DNA of 64,000 bases, taken from NCBI GenBank assembly GCA_030265395.1, contig JARFYF010000057.1:15316835-15380834 (forward strand), written 5' to 3'. Below are positions 37,997-51,191 of the stretch, piece after piece. The notes beneath the pieces are model-generated. The model worked only from the letters and a program-made list of their open reading frames with translations. It did not search any database and was not told where the DNA came from. The position numbers and the translations under genes are program-made. This stretch comes from Rhina ancylostomus (lineage: Eukaryota). The first letter of the stretch is position 1. Every line of letters begins with the position of its first letter.

Positions 37997-39168
37997 CTGG
38001 CAAAGGGTGTGGAAGGAGGAGAGAAGAGATTTGTTGCCAGTTTGGTTCACAACACAAGGCATGTTTACAGAAATGGCAATAATTGATTGGGTGGAGCCAA
38101 TTTGCATAGTGATAGGTCTAGACCATCCCCAAATCAATCATTCACATATTCAGGTACCACCAGGGAATGATGAGAAAGTAAATCCTGTTATTCCAGAATG
38201 ATTAAATTTGCATTTCGTCATAAAAATCTGACTGGGAGGGTCGGCAAATCCTCCAGGGTTGGGAATCTAGTTGCACATTCCCTGCCTGGTCATCCAGCAA
38301 CCTGGGTAACGAAGCTGGCATGGAACTGACCTCACTGGTCCCTAGAGAGGAAGAATTATCCTGCCTGTAATCTGGGAACCTCAAATTCCCGATCCACCGA
38401 AACACTGCCCATCTCGGACTTCAACATTTTCTACAACTTGACTTCTTTAGCTCTCTGGAGTTGAGAATTCCAAAGATTTACAAGCTTAGAGAAGAAATTC
38501 CTCCTCGTCCATCTTAAATGGACCATTTCTATTTGGGAGCCAAGAAAACACTACAGCATTCCACTCTTTGAAGGGTGAAGTTTGGAACTCACCGTCTAAA
38601 GACAGCTAGAGGCAGGAAAGGACCCCTTAGTTCAAGATTCCTCCACAAGGGGAAACATCACCCCAGTCCTACCCTGTCAATCACCCTCATAATCCTGGAC
38701 ACTTCAGTAAAGTCACCTCTCACTCTTCTCAATTCCACTGAGCAAAGGCCCAACTTGCTGAACCTTTCCTCATGAAAGGACCATTTACCCAGGAATCAAA
38801 CTAATGAACCTTCTCCAAACTGCCTTCTCTCTATTCCTTCTACCAACTTAAATATATAAATTATGAGGGTAGTTCACACCTTTGACCTCCTCAGCAAAGG
38901 CTAGACTGACGTTTAAATGTTTATCTGTTTATATCGCACCCTAACATTTAAGGGTTAAACACAAGAGGATATTTGTTTCTTAGCTTTGTTACTGGCTTGT
39001 CAATCCAACCAATGATAGGCCTCGAGTCTACTTCTCCAGTTAGAAGAGTTGATGCTGAAGGGGTCCCGATGGGCAATATCTTGTGGAATTTATCACTTGT
39101 TATTCTGACCAGAATGTCAAACACAAAAATCCATAGAAATTAAAAAGTTTTATTCAAAGTTTACTTAC

Positions 39169-39208
39169 CTTGGGAATTACCAGCTTCTGTTTCAAACCTT
39201 TATTTTTC
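39169..39208 (-). CDS. MYO9B: MYO9B loop-2 insertion, 40-nt exon
   Basis: ctcaacag| KNKGLKQKLVIPK |gtaagt. Confidence 0.9.
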
Positions 39209-39479
39209 CTGTTGAGATACCAAAGTGTTTCTTTTTTTAAAAACTTTTTACAAGTGATAGTGGTGAGGGTTAGTCCAGTCAGCAAGCAGCATGAGGCAGG
39301 CACAAATGGAGCGTCAACAATGCCCAGAGCAGTAACTCAGTGGCTGAGGGCCTGCAAGGCTGAGGTGGGTTGGCCACGATGACAAGTACATCTCAAGCGG
39401 CTCTGTCTTGGGTTACCACTTCAGAAATCTCTGCACTCCTGTCACCGGTGTCCTTTCTGAGAGCAGCCACATCTAACTG

Positions 39480-39872
39480 GCCTTTTTTCTCCCCCACCAT
39501 CTTCCCACCACTTACTGCTAAGGGGGGAAGCAGTCAAGTGTTAACACTCCCCTCCCGACCTCACATCCTCTCTCTTACTCTCTGTGCTCTTCCTTCCCCA
39601 CTATTTCTCCCACCGTTGCCTCCGCATCTGATTCAGCAGCGCACCTCCCCCACCCAGTCCCTCTTCATCCCCTGCCGTAACTCTGCTTCCCTGTCCCGCT
39701 CTCACCCCTTGTGCCCCTTTACCTCTAAACCCCTCTCCACTTCTTCTGCTGCTGCTCAACTCTCTCCTGCTTATCCCCCTCCATCTCTAATTCACCCCCT
39801 CCCAGTCTCCTCTTTGCCCTCCCTCCGCTCAGCTGTATCCCCTTCCCTCACTCTCTCTGCCCAATCCTCCTA
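39480..39872. repeat. Pyrimidine (C/T)-rich low-complexity tract
   Basis: About 390 nt strongly depleted of G on +; similar tract at 56370-56780. Confidence 0.7.
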
Positions 39873-40071
39873 ATATCGTGGCGGTGGGGGGGGNNNNNNN
39901 NCTTCTGCCAATTGGAAAAGGAGCAGAGCTTCAAGCAGATAGGACAGAGCGACTGGGACATCTTGGGACTTCTTGCCATTCCCATCACACCCAGACAAAA
40001 GACCCCCAGGAAACAGACCTAAAGGCAAGGAGGCAGGCAGCTGGATGAAGCACAGCTGAAAGGAAACTCAC

Positions 40072-40185
40072 AAAAAGTGGCTGTGGGGTCGCTCAAGACG
40101 TCTCAGTGCTTTGAGGTGGCCATGAGGTTCGTCAATGTACTGAGCCCATCCCCGAATACTGTTCATCACCTGGGCATGCAAGTCA
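40072..40185 (-). CDS. MYO9B: MYO9B loop-2 insertion, 114-nt exon
   Basis: tttgctag| DLHAQVMNSIRGWAQYIDEPHGHLKALRRLERPHSHF TT|gtgagt; resembles DLHNQMIKSIKG...; phase 2/2. Confidence 0.88.
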
Positions 40186-41702
40186 CTAGCAAACCATTCC
40201 AGGAAAAGGAGAGAGCAAAGGTGAGGTTGAGAGAGGGCCAATCACCAAAGGGTGCACAAAATCACCACAGCAACAAAGCCAGATCATTGCCTTGTGATCC
40301 CACACCAAGCAAGTTATATGAGTTAACAAAATTCCTAGAGCATCCAGCACCAAATGGGAGTGGCTCAGGTGCTGCACTACCATCCCAACAGAAATCATGG
40401 GTTCAAATCCCAGCACAGCTTGTGGCGGGAGTAACGTCAATGAATTTTCCAAAAGGGCCCAATGCAAACTGTCAGAATGCAACCCTAACCAAAGTGAGTC
40501 ACAACTTCCCTTCGGGTCTGAGTCCGGGCCAACATGGCACTCCAATCCAATCCCTCTGCACTCAACTCTTATGCCACAAGGGGATGGCACATCCCACAAA
40601 ACAATTAATAAACATCACATTTCTCAGTTAATCTATTAATGGAAAATATTAATTCATCCAACATTAGTCTGTAAGAGGATTAAATAATGAAATGGACAAT
40701 CCTTGGCCAAGAGGCGATTTGCAGACTGGAGTTTGCCAGTGGCAGCTCTAGCCTGAGGCATCGGCCCACAGTCCACGCTGTCCAATTCCAACACTACTCA
40801 CCTCAGCCCTTGATTCCGCGGAGGCACCAGGCAAAGAGAAAATCCAAAGGTGTGAAATTCCATCTCCTTACCCCAAAGGCACATTNNNNNNNNNNNNNNN
40901 NNNNNNNNNNNNNNNNNNNNNNNNNNNNNNNNNNNTCCTCAGGGCGTCAGCCTCCTCCTTGAACTTGAACCTTCAAGAGGAACCAAGCCAAAGCCCCCTG
41001 AAAATGGATGGACCCGAATCTCCAGGTAGGAGCAGGAAGATTATGAGAACCAGCAATGCTGGTCAACAGAGCCAATGACAACTCGCATTTGATCAGTGTC
41101 CATTAATTTCATCTGTGCCAGTGTGGAGCATTCCAAACTCTCACAATCCAAACACAGAATTCCATTGGATCAGATTCAAACAGTAAAGGTGGCTGATCAG
41201 ATGCAGGTTGTCAGCTTGAGGGGCCTGAAATACAAGGACTAGATGTGGCCTTAAGGCTGGAGGGAGCTTCCCTGGGGGTGACAGCGCTCGACAACGTCCT
41301 TGAAATACACCAGAATCGTATTAAAGCTCACCAGGTTGAACTGGGAGACCAGGTTCTAGTTTAGAAAATTGTGCTAAACTGTTTGTGCTTAGAAAATTGC
41401 CATCAAGTCTTTGAAATGTTAAAAGAATTTAATAGGGTAGAAAGGAAAAGATTGTGGGGAGGGTTGAAAGAAATTCTACACAAAGAGTGTAATGGGATGG
41501 GGCTTGGGGAATATTTCACTCTGTTCAACCAAAGTGAACAGAAAGGCGTCTGGACCAATGCAATTCTTGGCTTGGATCTCAACATGGTTCAGCTCTGGTT
41601 GAGTGAATGATCAGGAGGCAGTCAATATTGAGACCACACAGAGTGCGGAGGATGTTTGCCTGAGCCAGTGCCTCCGCCGAAGAGGAGTTGCCTCTTACTT
41701 AC

Positions 41703-41795
41703 TTCTTGCTGTTGTAAAGAGCAAAGATGTCTTCAAAGGACTCAACATTGAAATCTTCACAAGTACTTTCAAATGAGAAATCGAGCACAGATCTG
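41703..41795 (-). CDS. MYO9B: MYO9B loop-2 acidic cassette exon (93 nt)
   Basis: gttttacag| RSVLDFSFESTCEDFNVESFEDIFALYNSK AA|gtaagt; phase 2/2, strong splice sites; resembles an LDFSF...FEDI exon I recall from non-mammalian Myo9b. Confidence 0.8.
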
Positions 41796-43578
41796 CTGTA
41801 AAACACACAGGGACACGAGGCCGGACTGAGCACCAAAAATCTGAGTAATCCCTCAGTCCCCTTTGTCTATCGCATGCAAAAACACATGGTAAAGGCCACA
41901 GGCTCAAGAGAGATCATATATTTCACTGGAGGGCTTTGACAGAATAAAACCTGTGGAAAAGCAACGTAAATGCAATGGTGCCAATGGTAGCATTACTGAT
42001 CCAAGGTCAAAATAACCTCCTTCCCCCAACAGCACAGAATTTACAGCTGAATAATTTCTCTAGGATCACCTTGAGACACCTGTGGAACCAAGACTATGAT
42101 CCCGGAATAGTATTCAGAGGTTGCAAGTTCAGATCCCACCATCCCACTTTAGGAAGTTGAATCAAATTTTACAAGTATGGAACTATACTAAAATGGCAGA
42201 AAATTACCATGTTGTTGGAAAAACCCAATTAGTTCAGTCACGTCCTTCAGAGATGGAAACTTTGTGTCTTTACCAGGCTTTGGCATAAATAGGCTCTGGA
42301 ATTCCCTTCCTAAACCTCTCTCTGTCCTCAAGGCCCTAGAAACCTATCGTTCTGATCAAGCTTCACCATCTTAATAGCCCCTTAAATGGTTCTGTGCCAA
42401 ACTTTCTCGATCACGTTCCTGGGAAGTGGTTTAGGATGCTTTCCTGGATTAAAAGCACGTACAATTCTATTCCCAGGTCAATGTGATGGACACCACCCTC
42501 TGAAGCGGCGGGACAAGACGAACTGTAGGTACCTTCCTGGGCAAAAAGGGGCTCAGGCAGACAATGGCTGGAGAACTGTGGTCTGCCACTAGAGGGAGTG
42601 CCTCAATGGATCCCAATGCCAGGAAGTTGGCTTCACACCAGTAAAAACCAGGCATTCTAAACCATGCGAAGTGTACACACCCAAATCATGAGCTTGACTT
42701 TCCAGACTGTGTACTTAAAATACTTGAGTGCAAAAAACATACAAGAAAAGCATATGGCCCCTCCAACTGCATCCACTAATCAATAACTCTCAAGGCAGAC
42801 CCTCAAATCGTTGCACTTTCCTGGCTGATGGTCGATTCCATCAGTGCAAAAAAGTCCCTCAGTCCCAGCCATGATCAGCTGAACATCAACAGCTTATGGG
42901 GGTAGAGCATCCCAAGGATTCATAACCACAACCACCACTTCTAACCCAACCCAACCCACGTCAGAAAAAAAGTCTGGGAATTAAAACACACAAGTTTCAA
43001 TAGCAGCAATGATGAAACCACCNNNNNNNNNNNNNNNNNNNNNNNNNNNNNNNNNNNNNNNNNNNNNNNNNNNNNNNNNNNNNNNNNNNNNNNNNNNNNN
43101 NNNNNNNNNNNNNNNNNNNNNNGCAGCAATGATGAAACCACCGGATTCTTGCAAGAAAAACATCTGGTTCACTCATGTTCTTCTGGGAAGAACATCTGCC
43201 ATCCTTGTTCAGTCTGGTCTACATGTGACTCCAGACCCACCAATCCGGTTGACTCTTCACTACATCCTCGCTCTGAGGCCAATGAAGGATGGATAATAAA
43301 CGCCACCATTGCCAGTGACATCCACATCCTTCAAATGAATATATACATTAAGAAATTCCTTCTTGTGGGCCAAACCTGTATGAAAAGATTGTACCCCCAT
43401 ATGTCAGTGGAACAGTTGCCCCATGCCAAACAATCTTACTGTTATCTTGCTACATCATGTGCAACCAAGACACAACACTATTGATAATGGATGCACTGTG
43501 CTTTGCTTTGCACAGCAGTGGTTGGCACTTTAATGACTAACCAGTTTCCACCCCTGCACAATCGCCCAACATCCTTAC

Positions 43579-43654
43579 CGGTAGACTTTTTCTATTGGAG
43601 TGTTTGGTCGCTGCATCTCGCTGAGTGGAATGCGAGGCCCGGAGCGTATTAACC
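43579..43654 (-). CDS. MYO9B: MYO9B loop-2 insertion exon
   Basis: ccttcacag| (G)LIRSGPRIPLSEMQRPNTPIEKVY CG|gtaagg. Confidence 0.9.
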
Positions 43655-43907
43655 CTGTGAAGGAAGGGGGGCAGGGTCAGAACAGCCAACACACACCCAA
43701 CCTCTGACCCCTGTCTCCCAAGGCAACCTCCATCTCCACACCACTGTACCTCCTCCTAGCCTCCATACCCAAAGCCAGCACTACCACTCGTGCTGCCAAT
43801 ACCCAACCGTATACCAGCCAATTACCCAAACCCCTTCCATGCTGTCCACAACCATCCATCTCCCCCTCTTGCTCAGCAACCCCGTGCCCACCTCGCCCAG
43901 TGCGTAC

Positions 43908-44106
43908 CCATTGTGGTTTTCTTTGCCCGCTGTCGTGCAGCCTGGTTGAATGCAGCTGCAGCTCGGATCGCAGCCCGAAGGGTGGCCCAGCGGAACACAG
44001 ACACGGGATCCATCCCAATTAATTCACGGATGAAAGCACTGTCACTACCCCTCAGGAGCGCCACGATATCCGGTCGCATGTAATCAGTGTTCTTCTCCCG
44101 AAAGTC
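43908..44106 (-). CDS. MYO9B: MYO9B motor exon, start of loop-2 insertion (calmodulin-binding segment)
   Basis: cacctcag| [49 protein letters not shown]...TM G|gtacgc. Confidence 0.94.
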
Positions 44107-44566
44107 CTGAGGTGCAGAAAGTTCATCATGAGACAGAATNNNNNNNNNNNNNNNNNNNNNNNNNNNNNNNNNNNNNNNNNNNAGGAGCGAAACTTAGAAT
44201 GAAAGACAAACAGAGAGAGACAGAGACAGAGAGAGAAACAGAGAGCAGGAATAGGGTGAAGAGATGGGAACTTCCAAAATGAATCATATATTCAGCATTT
44301 CTGGCCAAATATGGTCATCAAGGTGAAGGTTCTGGATGGGTACTTGAATGAGCAGGGCATAGAGGGATATGAAATTAATGCAGGCAATTGGGTTTAGTGA
44401 GCATAATGGTTGGCATAGATGTGGTGGGCCGAAGGGCCTGGTCCCTATGCTGTACAGCTCGACCACCCACTGTTCTGCTTCCCAACAAAGAAAGAGAATT
44501 TCCCCAAGAGGCAGGGAGAAAAGGTGAGGAATAAAGCAATCAGGTGCCGCAGGGACTTGTTCGCAC

Positions 44567-44708
44567 CTTGATCTGGTACTTGACTCTGCCAGCAAAGTGC
44601 TGGATGACGAAGGCAGGCTCCATCACTGGCGTCCCCACGAAGTATCGATTGTCCTCGTGCTGCTGCTTTAACTTGGCCAGCAGGGTCTGATTGGTGGCAT
44701 GGGGGAAG
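44567..44708 (-). CDS. MYO9B: MYO9B motor exon
   Basis: cattcgtag| (N)[20 protein letters not shown]...[15 protein letters not shown] |gtgcga. Confidence 0.95.
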
Positions 44709-44734
44709 CTACGAATGGGAGAACCCACATCAGT

Positions 44735-44990
44735 GTGAAACACAGAGACAGACACAAAAGTAAATACGCACCCATACCCACCAGACACAGAAACAGAGAA
44801 AAGCACGTTTACACACGCGCACATACACACCCACAGAATCAAGCACGCATGTGCACACAGACAAGCGCATGCTCACACACATAGAAACAGAGACAAGCAC
44901 ATGCTCACACATACACAGACCTACAGGTACTCAACAGAAACACAGAAGCAGAAACAGACACTCCCACCAAACACACACACACACACACTG
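44735..44990. repeat. Degenerate (AC)n/(AG)n microsatellite filling most of a short intron
   Basis: acacacacac and acagagacag runs. Confidence 0.8.
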
Positions 44991-45048
44991 AGATGCACCG
45001 TACACCCACCACCCCTGCCCTGGCACCCCTCCCACTACTCTGTCGTAC

Positions 45049-45170
45049 TTGCTTTCCTCGTCGAGGAGGTGAAAGAGTCCGGTTGGCTTCTTGCTGATGA
45101 GGTGGATGCAGCCCACGTTGTCGGTGTAATCAATGTTGTGCCAGCTGATGCCTTCGCTCTGATATTCCTC
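45049..45170 (-). CDS. MYO9B: MYO9B motor exon
   Basis: tttctgcag| [42 protein letters not shown]|gtacga. Confidence 0.95.
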
Positions 45171-45519
45171 CTGCAGAAACCCAAGCTCATGTCACTGTCA
45201 GACAGGGTTACAGCCAAGCTTCCAACAGTGAACACAAATCTGACGAAACCCCAAGATCCTTGGATATTCCTGCCACAATTTGCAGGAATCACTCCCCCAA
45301 CTCCCCCAAACACGATTACTGTGTCAACTGGGAGCCCAAGAAATCACAACAATGATTGGCTCTACAATTCACACCATTACCCCTTTGAGCCCTGTGTTCA
45401 TTACAAGCCCACTGCCAAGATCCCACATGGGAGACTGGTCCAAAAGTTTAGAGCCTATGAGATCTAGGTCAAGTGGTGAACTGGATCTAAAAACAACTAG
45501 ATAAGAGGAGGCAGAGGGT

Positions 45520-46182
45520 GATGGTGAACGTTCGTCTTTGTGATTGGAAGCCTGCAGCCAGTGGTGTATCACAGGGTTGGTGCTGGTACCCTTGTTTGTT
45601 AGTTATATACATTATGAATGTAGGAGGCATGATTAGTAAGTCTGCAGATGATACAAATATTGGTGATATTGTTGATACTTAGGATAGTCACAGGCTAGAG
45701 GACGACATTCCTCAGTTGGTATGATGGGGACAGCAATGGCAGGTGTAATTTAATCCTGATATGTGTGAGGTGATGCACTTTGGGAAGCCTCCTAAGGGTA
45801 GAACATACACAATGAATGGTCGGGCCCAAGGGAATGTTAAGCAACAGAAGGACCTCAGGGCACCCGAAGGATCCCCGAAGGTGGCAGCACAGGTGGATAA
45901 GGTGGTGAAGATGACCTATAGGATACTTGCCTTCATTAGCCAGGGCACCAAATACAAGAGCAGGGAGGTTATGGTACATTTTTATAAAATATTGGTTAGG
46001 TCACTACTGGAATACTGTGTACATTTCTGGTCACAACACCATAGGAAGGATGTGACAGCACTAGAGTGGATGATGAGAAGGTTCTCCAGAACGTTGCCTG
46101 GGGTGGGGCACTTCAGTTAGGAGGAGACTGGATTGGGTGGGTTGTTTTCCTTGGAGTGGAGGAGGCTGGGGGGGGGACCCAA
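45520..46182 (+). mobile_element. CR1-like LINE RT fragment, cut by N-gap
   Basis: SKSADDTNIG-like motif; CEVMHFGK...YKILVRSLLEYCVHFWSQHHRKDVTALE...RRFSRTLPG. Confidence 0.9.
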
Positions 46183-46967
46183 NNNNNNNNNNNNNNNNNN
46201 NNNNNNNNNNNNNNNNNNNNNNNNNNNNNNNNNNNNNNNNNNNNNNNNNNNNNNNNNNNNNNNNNNNNNNNNNNNNNNNNNNNNNNNNNNNNNNNNNNNN
46301 NNNNNNNNNNNNNNNNNNNNNNNNNNNNNNNNNNNNNNNNNNNNNNNNNNNNNNNNNNNNNNNNNNNNNNNNNNNNNNNNNNNNNNNNNNNNNNNNNNNN
46401 NNNNNNNNNNNNNNNNNNNNNNNNNNNNNNNNNNNNNNNNNNNNNNNNNNNNNNNNNNNNNNNNNNNNNNNNNNNNNNNNNNNNNNNNNNNNNNNNNNNN
46501 NNNNNNNNNNNNNNNNNNNNNNNNNNNNNNNNNNNNNNNNNNNNNNCCGTCCAATCATGGCAGATTTTATTTAAACCCCATTCTCCCACCTTCTTCCTGC
46601 AATCCTTAACCCCCTTGCCAATGAAGAACCGATCATTCGTTGCCTTAAATACACCTAATGACTTGGCTTCCACAGCCCTCTGTGGCAACAAGACATAAAA
46701 CCAAGGCTCCGTCTGTTCTCCAAGTTGAATGCAAAATACCACACGGCCACCCAGAGCAAAGGAGAATAAAGTCTTCCCTTCCTTCAGCACCACCAACAGA
46801 TTATCTGTTCATTGCCACATTGGTGATTGTCAGATCTTGCTATGCCAGGTATTGTGGAATGATCATGGACGCTGGACCTCAGTTGGGAACTTCTGTGGTG
46901 TTCCCTTTAGGCAGATTAAATATTTCAGTAAACATCAGGTGTGCCGGGGTGGAAGTTCACTCCTCAC

Positions 46968-47094
46968 CTGCTCCAGTTTGAAGATGTGCTGGTTGAAGTA
47001 ATACTGCAGCTGCTCATTTGCATAATTTATGCAAAACTGCTCAAAACTGTTGTTTGGAAAATCCTCAAAACCAAAAATATCCAGGACTCCGATC
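46968..47094 (-). CDS. MYO9B: MYO9B motor exon with switch II (5' end lost in N-gap, about 8 nt missing)
   Basis: [42 protein letters not shown] |gtgagg; DIFGFE switch II. Confidence 0.95.
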
Positions 47095-47299
47095 NNNNNN
47101 NNNNNNNNNNNNNNNNNNNNNNNNNNNNNNNNNNNNNNNNNNNNNNNNNNNNNNNNNNNNNNNNNNNNNNNNNNNNNNNNNNNNNNNNNNNNNNTCCATC
47201 TCTGTTCCCCCCTGTACTGCCTACTAACTGCCCCCTCAGTTCAGGATTGAGTAGGTTCATGTATTGCCAGCAACATCCACATCCCGAGTTCCCTTTTGC

Positions 47300-47545
47300 A
47301 ATGAGATGGACTCTGACCTCACTAACTACCTTGTGGTGACCTTGCACCTTATTACACTGCACATTTTCTGTAACTGTGACACTTTATTCTGTACTGTTAT
47401 TGTTTTAACCTGTACTACCGCAATGGACTCTGTACTAACTCAATGTAACTGCACTGTGTAATGAATTGATCAGTACGATTGGTATACAAGACGAGTTTTT
47501 CACTGGACCTCGGTACAAGTGACAATAATAAACCAATACCAATAT
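47300..47545 (+). mobile_element. LINE 3' UTR fragment ending in aataataaaccaatacc
   Basis: Matches the reverse-oriented copy at 24250-24660. Confidence 0.7.
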
Positions 47546-49018
47546 CATTACCAATCAGTTGTGGCCATGTGAGTGCAATCCATAACAGTGATGGGACTGC
47601 TGACAATGATGTCAACTCTACATAAACCATCCAGTCAAGCAGGGGTGGGGATACAAGGTAAAGGGCATATGAAGAGAACTGTTGTTAGAGGCAATAATAG
47701 ATTGTAATTGAGGAAATGGGAGCAATTATAAACACATTGTAAAAATCTTCTTCTTTCTGATACCATCAACTCACTCACTATTTTTTGCCTGAAATAACAA
47801 GAATAGATGGAAAGTAATGACGGTGTAGGGAGGTAGGAAGAGGAAAAGGTTCAGATCATCAGGAAACACAATATTACAACAACTTTCCTGTTAACCCCCA
47901 CCGCACTGCCTGCCAGTATTATCTCCCCATGTGCTCAGCCACATAGTTCCCCACAGTAAGGCCACGCTGCAATAACTACCCCATGAAAGCCAACAGGCCA
48001 ATCAACCAGAGAGGCCATCGCCATACCCCAGGGTAACCAGATCTCCGCTCCATGGCTGTGCACTTGCAGCAGAGTGCCTAAACATGACTGCAGCCAAGAT
48101 TTGGATATAGAAATGCAGAACATAGAAAATCAGGAGAGAACCACATTGAGCCCGATCCGCCATTCAATACAATGATAGCTGATCTCAGCAGCATATTCCC
48201 ATTCCGTCCTCTTATCTTTCGAGTGCAGACATTTATCCAATTCCTCCTTAGATATATTCAGTGACTTAGCCTCCAAGTTTTAAATGACTAACCCCAAATC
48301 CTGAGACTGTAACCCTCAGTTCTAGACACCTCTCCCCCAGGCAAGGGGTCACATCATCCCTGCATCCAGCCTGTCAAGCCCTGTCAGAATTTTCTGCATT
48401 TCAGTGCATTAATCCAATAGAAACCGGGGACAGGTCACAGAACAGAGGAAGCCACTTAGCACAGCAAACCTGCATCATCATGCAATTACCTCAAGGCTGA
48501 TCAGTATCTGAACTCCATTTAGCTACTTCTGTTCCATTACATGCATTACCCCAACCAGAAACAGACAAGCTATGCAGACAAACATCCAGCTGACTCCCAG
48601 CCTCAGCGGCTCTCTGGAAGGGAGAGCTTCAGCTGTCTACTGCTCTTTGTGTGAACGAGTACCTCTCCATGTCTGCTTTGAATGGCCTTCTCCCCCATAT
48701 TCTGGATTCCACACTTCCCCCTCCCACCAGCAGAAAGTATATCTCTCCATCTACCCTATCAATTTTTAAAAAAAATTCTCAGTCATTCAATTTTCTGAAC
48801 TCAAACGGCATAATTTAACTCTTTAAGCCCCAATACCATGTGCTGAATCTGCACATGCTGCTGAGACCATCTCTCCTCCCAGCCCACAGGTGGGGTGTCC
48901 AAGGACCGTCAGAACAGGGCTCTGTACAGCTGAAGTGCAACTCTCAACCTCCCTCCATATCTCTTCTCCACATCGTAACCTGGCAATATTGCAGAGAGAC
49001 TGCTGGGTGTGGTTTTAC

Positions 49019-49135
49019 CATGACAGACTCCTCCATGTCCTTTTTATTGAGGAGAGCGTGATTTATCCGGAGAACAATCCAATCGAAAAGTGCAGTGTAG
49101 AGAGATTTGGCCATGGAGTCTCGTGTGGTCACAGC
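49019..49135 (-). CDS. MYO9B: MYO9B motor exon
   Basis: tttcacag| [39 protein letters not shown] |gtaaaa. Confidence 0.95.
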
Positions 49136-50063
49136 CTGTGAAAGACACAATCAACAGCAGTTCAGAGCACAGCAGGACCCAAATGCCCAGCTGGGCCAGC
49201 TCAGTGCATGGGTACTGTAGCTGGCTCTTTGATCGAGTTAATCTAGACTAGTGTCCAGCTGCCAGACCAGGACAGTACTGACCACTGTACATGTGTCCAG
49301 TGTGAATACAGGATGACATCCATTGCCATCATCCAATGAAATCCACAACCAACCATTCTTGGTCCAATGAGAGTCAGGAGACTGACTTTCACCCTCTGAA
49401 CGCAAGGTTACCCTCTGCACCCCAACAAACAGCAAGAGCAGTGTGACAGCTCAAGCCACTGATGCTGCCTAGGCATTTTCTACAGAGCTTCACCACCACT
49501 GATTCCTTCAGCTTTGTTAGCCAAGTTAACATTTCCTCATTTGGAAAAGCAGGAATGGCCATCGTTGTGTTTGGGTGGTGGGGAGTGAATCCTCTCTCCA
49601 AGTCGGTGTATACAGACTGGTTCCCCCACCAGGGGCCTGCAAGGCAGTCCTCCCAGACCAGGTCAGTAACCCATCCACCAGTCGAAACATTCACACCACA
49701 GAGCATTGTGTACCACCTACAAAATGCATTGCAGTTACTCACAGACAGCATTCCCAAATGGACAACCTCCACCACCAAGGACAAAGGCAACAGGCCTGCG
49801 GGAACACTATGTTCCCAAGTTTGCCTTCAAGTTGCACAGTTCTGACTTGGACATTTCTCTGAATCTTAGAGCTCCCTTCCCAACAGCACTGTGGGAGCAA
49901 CTTCACACAAACAGGAGCTGTTCAAGGCAGTAGCTCACCACCACCTTCTCAAGAGCAATAAATTACTAGCCTTGCTGGCGATGGCCACATCCTGAAAAAT
50001 AAATTAATAAATTGAACCAAATTGCTTCACTGTGGACTGGGGGGAAGAAACAGGGCAACTAAC

Positions 50064-50153
50064 CTCATTGAGGCTATATGGCAAAATCAACTTCTCGCCA
50101 ACTGTCACTGTCTTCCTCTTTGTTAATGCCTCGACCAACATATCCCGTTTCAC
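50064..50153 (-). CDS. MYO9B: MYO9B motor exon
   Basis: ttcctcag| [30 protein letters not shown] |gttagt. Confidence 0.94.
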
Positions 50154-51191
50154 CTGAGGAACACACAGAGAGTNNNNNNNNNNAACTGGAGCTCAGGATA
50201 CAACACACACAGGCGCTGTAGAAGGTGGCAACAGACTTACAATGGGTGAGATGAGAACTGAGTGGTTGCAGCTTTCAGGAAAGATTGTTCAACCTGGGGG
50301 CTCCTTCCTCTTGGAAATAAGTAGATGAGGGATGACCCACTGGAGGTCTTTTAATATGCTCTCTCTTTCAATCTTCTCTAGAAGTAGAAAAGGTAGAAAG
50401 ATAGCATTTTAAAAGACCTTCAGACCTCTTTAGAAGTAGAGAAGATAGCACCACTCACAAAGGAGACCAGAACTCGGGGCTATCGGTGCAGACTTGCTCC
50501 TTACAAATTCAGTTGAGAATTCAGGAGGCATTTCCTTCTCCAGAGATCAGTGAAAACATGGAATTCACTCCCGCAGGGAATGATTGAGGTGAGAATGGCA
50601 GAGATGGATCCAAGGGAAGCTGGAGAAACACAAGAGGAAAAAAATAGGAGGTGATGAGGGAGATGTAGGGCTTGTGGGAGTAGATGGAGATTATAGGTTT
50701 CCATTTATAAATCAAACTCAAAGCCACCAATACAAGGTAGCCCCTGATAAACCCAATACAGAAGGCTCGTGTGGAGGAGAAACAGCCGAGTGGACCAGAT
50801 GAACTGTACACTTGATGTGACAACAAATATAAGAACAGCTGAAGATCAGGNNNNNNNNNNNNNNNNNNNNNNNNNNNNNNNNNNNNNNNNNNNNNNNNNN
50901 NNNNNNNNNNNNNNNNNNNNNNNNNNNNNNNNNNNNNNNNNNNNNNNNNNCAGCTGAAGATCAGGGAGAGAGATGATGAAAGGTGGTGACGTCAGTTGTT
51001 AACTCTGCCCCTTCTCTGCTGACTAGCTGGGCACTTCCACATGGTCTGCATTCAGTGTGGAGTGGAGATAAACCCTTCTCTATGAGGATGCCGAGTCTCT
51101 CTTTTCATCCCAGGCTCAATGTTAGGACGATCTTCGTCCTCTGATGGAGGGGACCAGTGGGTGGGGATGTTCTTGGGGTTCAGTCACTTGC

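Noticed and set aside
39370-39873. 167-aa Pro/Ser/Leu-rich ORF (similarly 56376-56904 and 18231-18716)
   Set aside because: By-product of C-rich low-complexity DNA; no splice or homology support
40802-40885. Strong minus-strand donor GAG|gtgagt between the loop-2 cassette exons
   Set aside because: The nearest acceptor gives a 7-nt frame-breaking microexon, the open frame has no homology and runs into a gap; no support for an exon
43002-43142. gcagcaatgatgaaaccacc repeated on both sides of an N-gap
   Set aside because: Identical sequence flanking a roughly 100-N gap is typical of unmerged overlapping contig ends, not a target-site duplication
50836-50965. cagctgaagatcagg repeated on both sides of an N-gap
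   Set aside because: Same scaffolding artefact pattern
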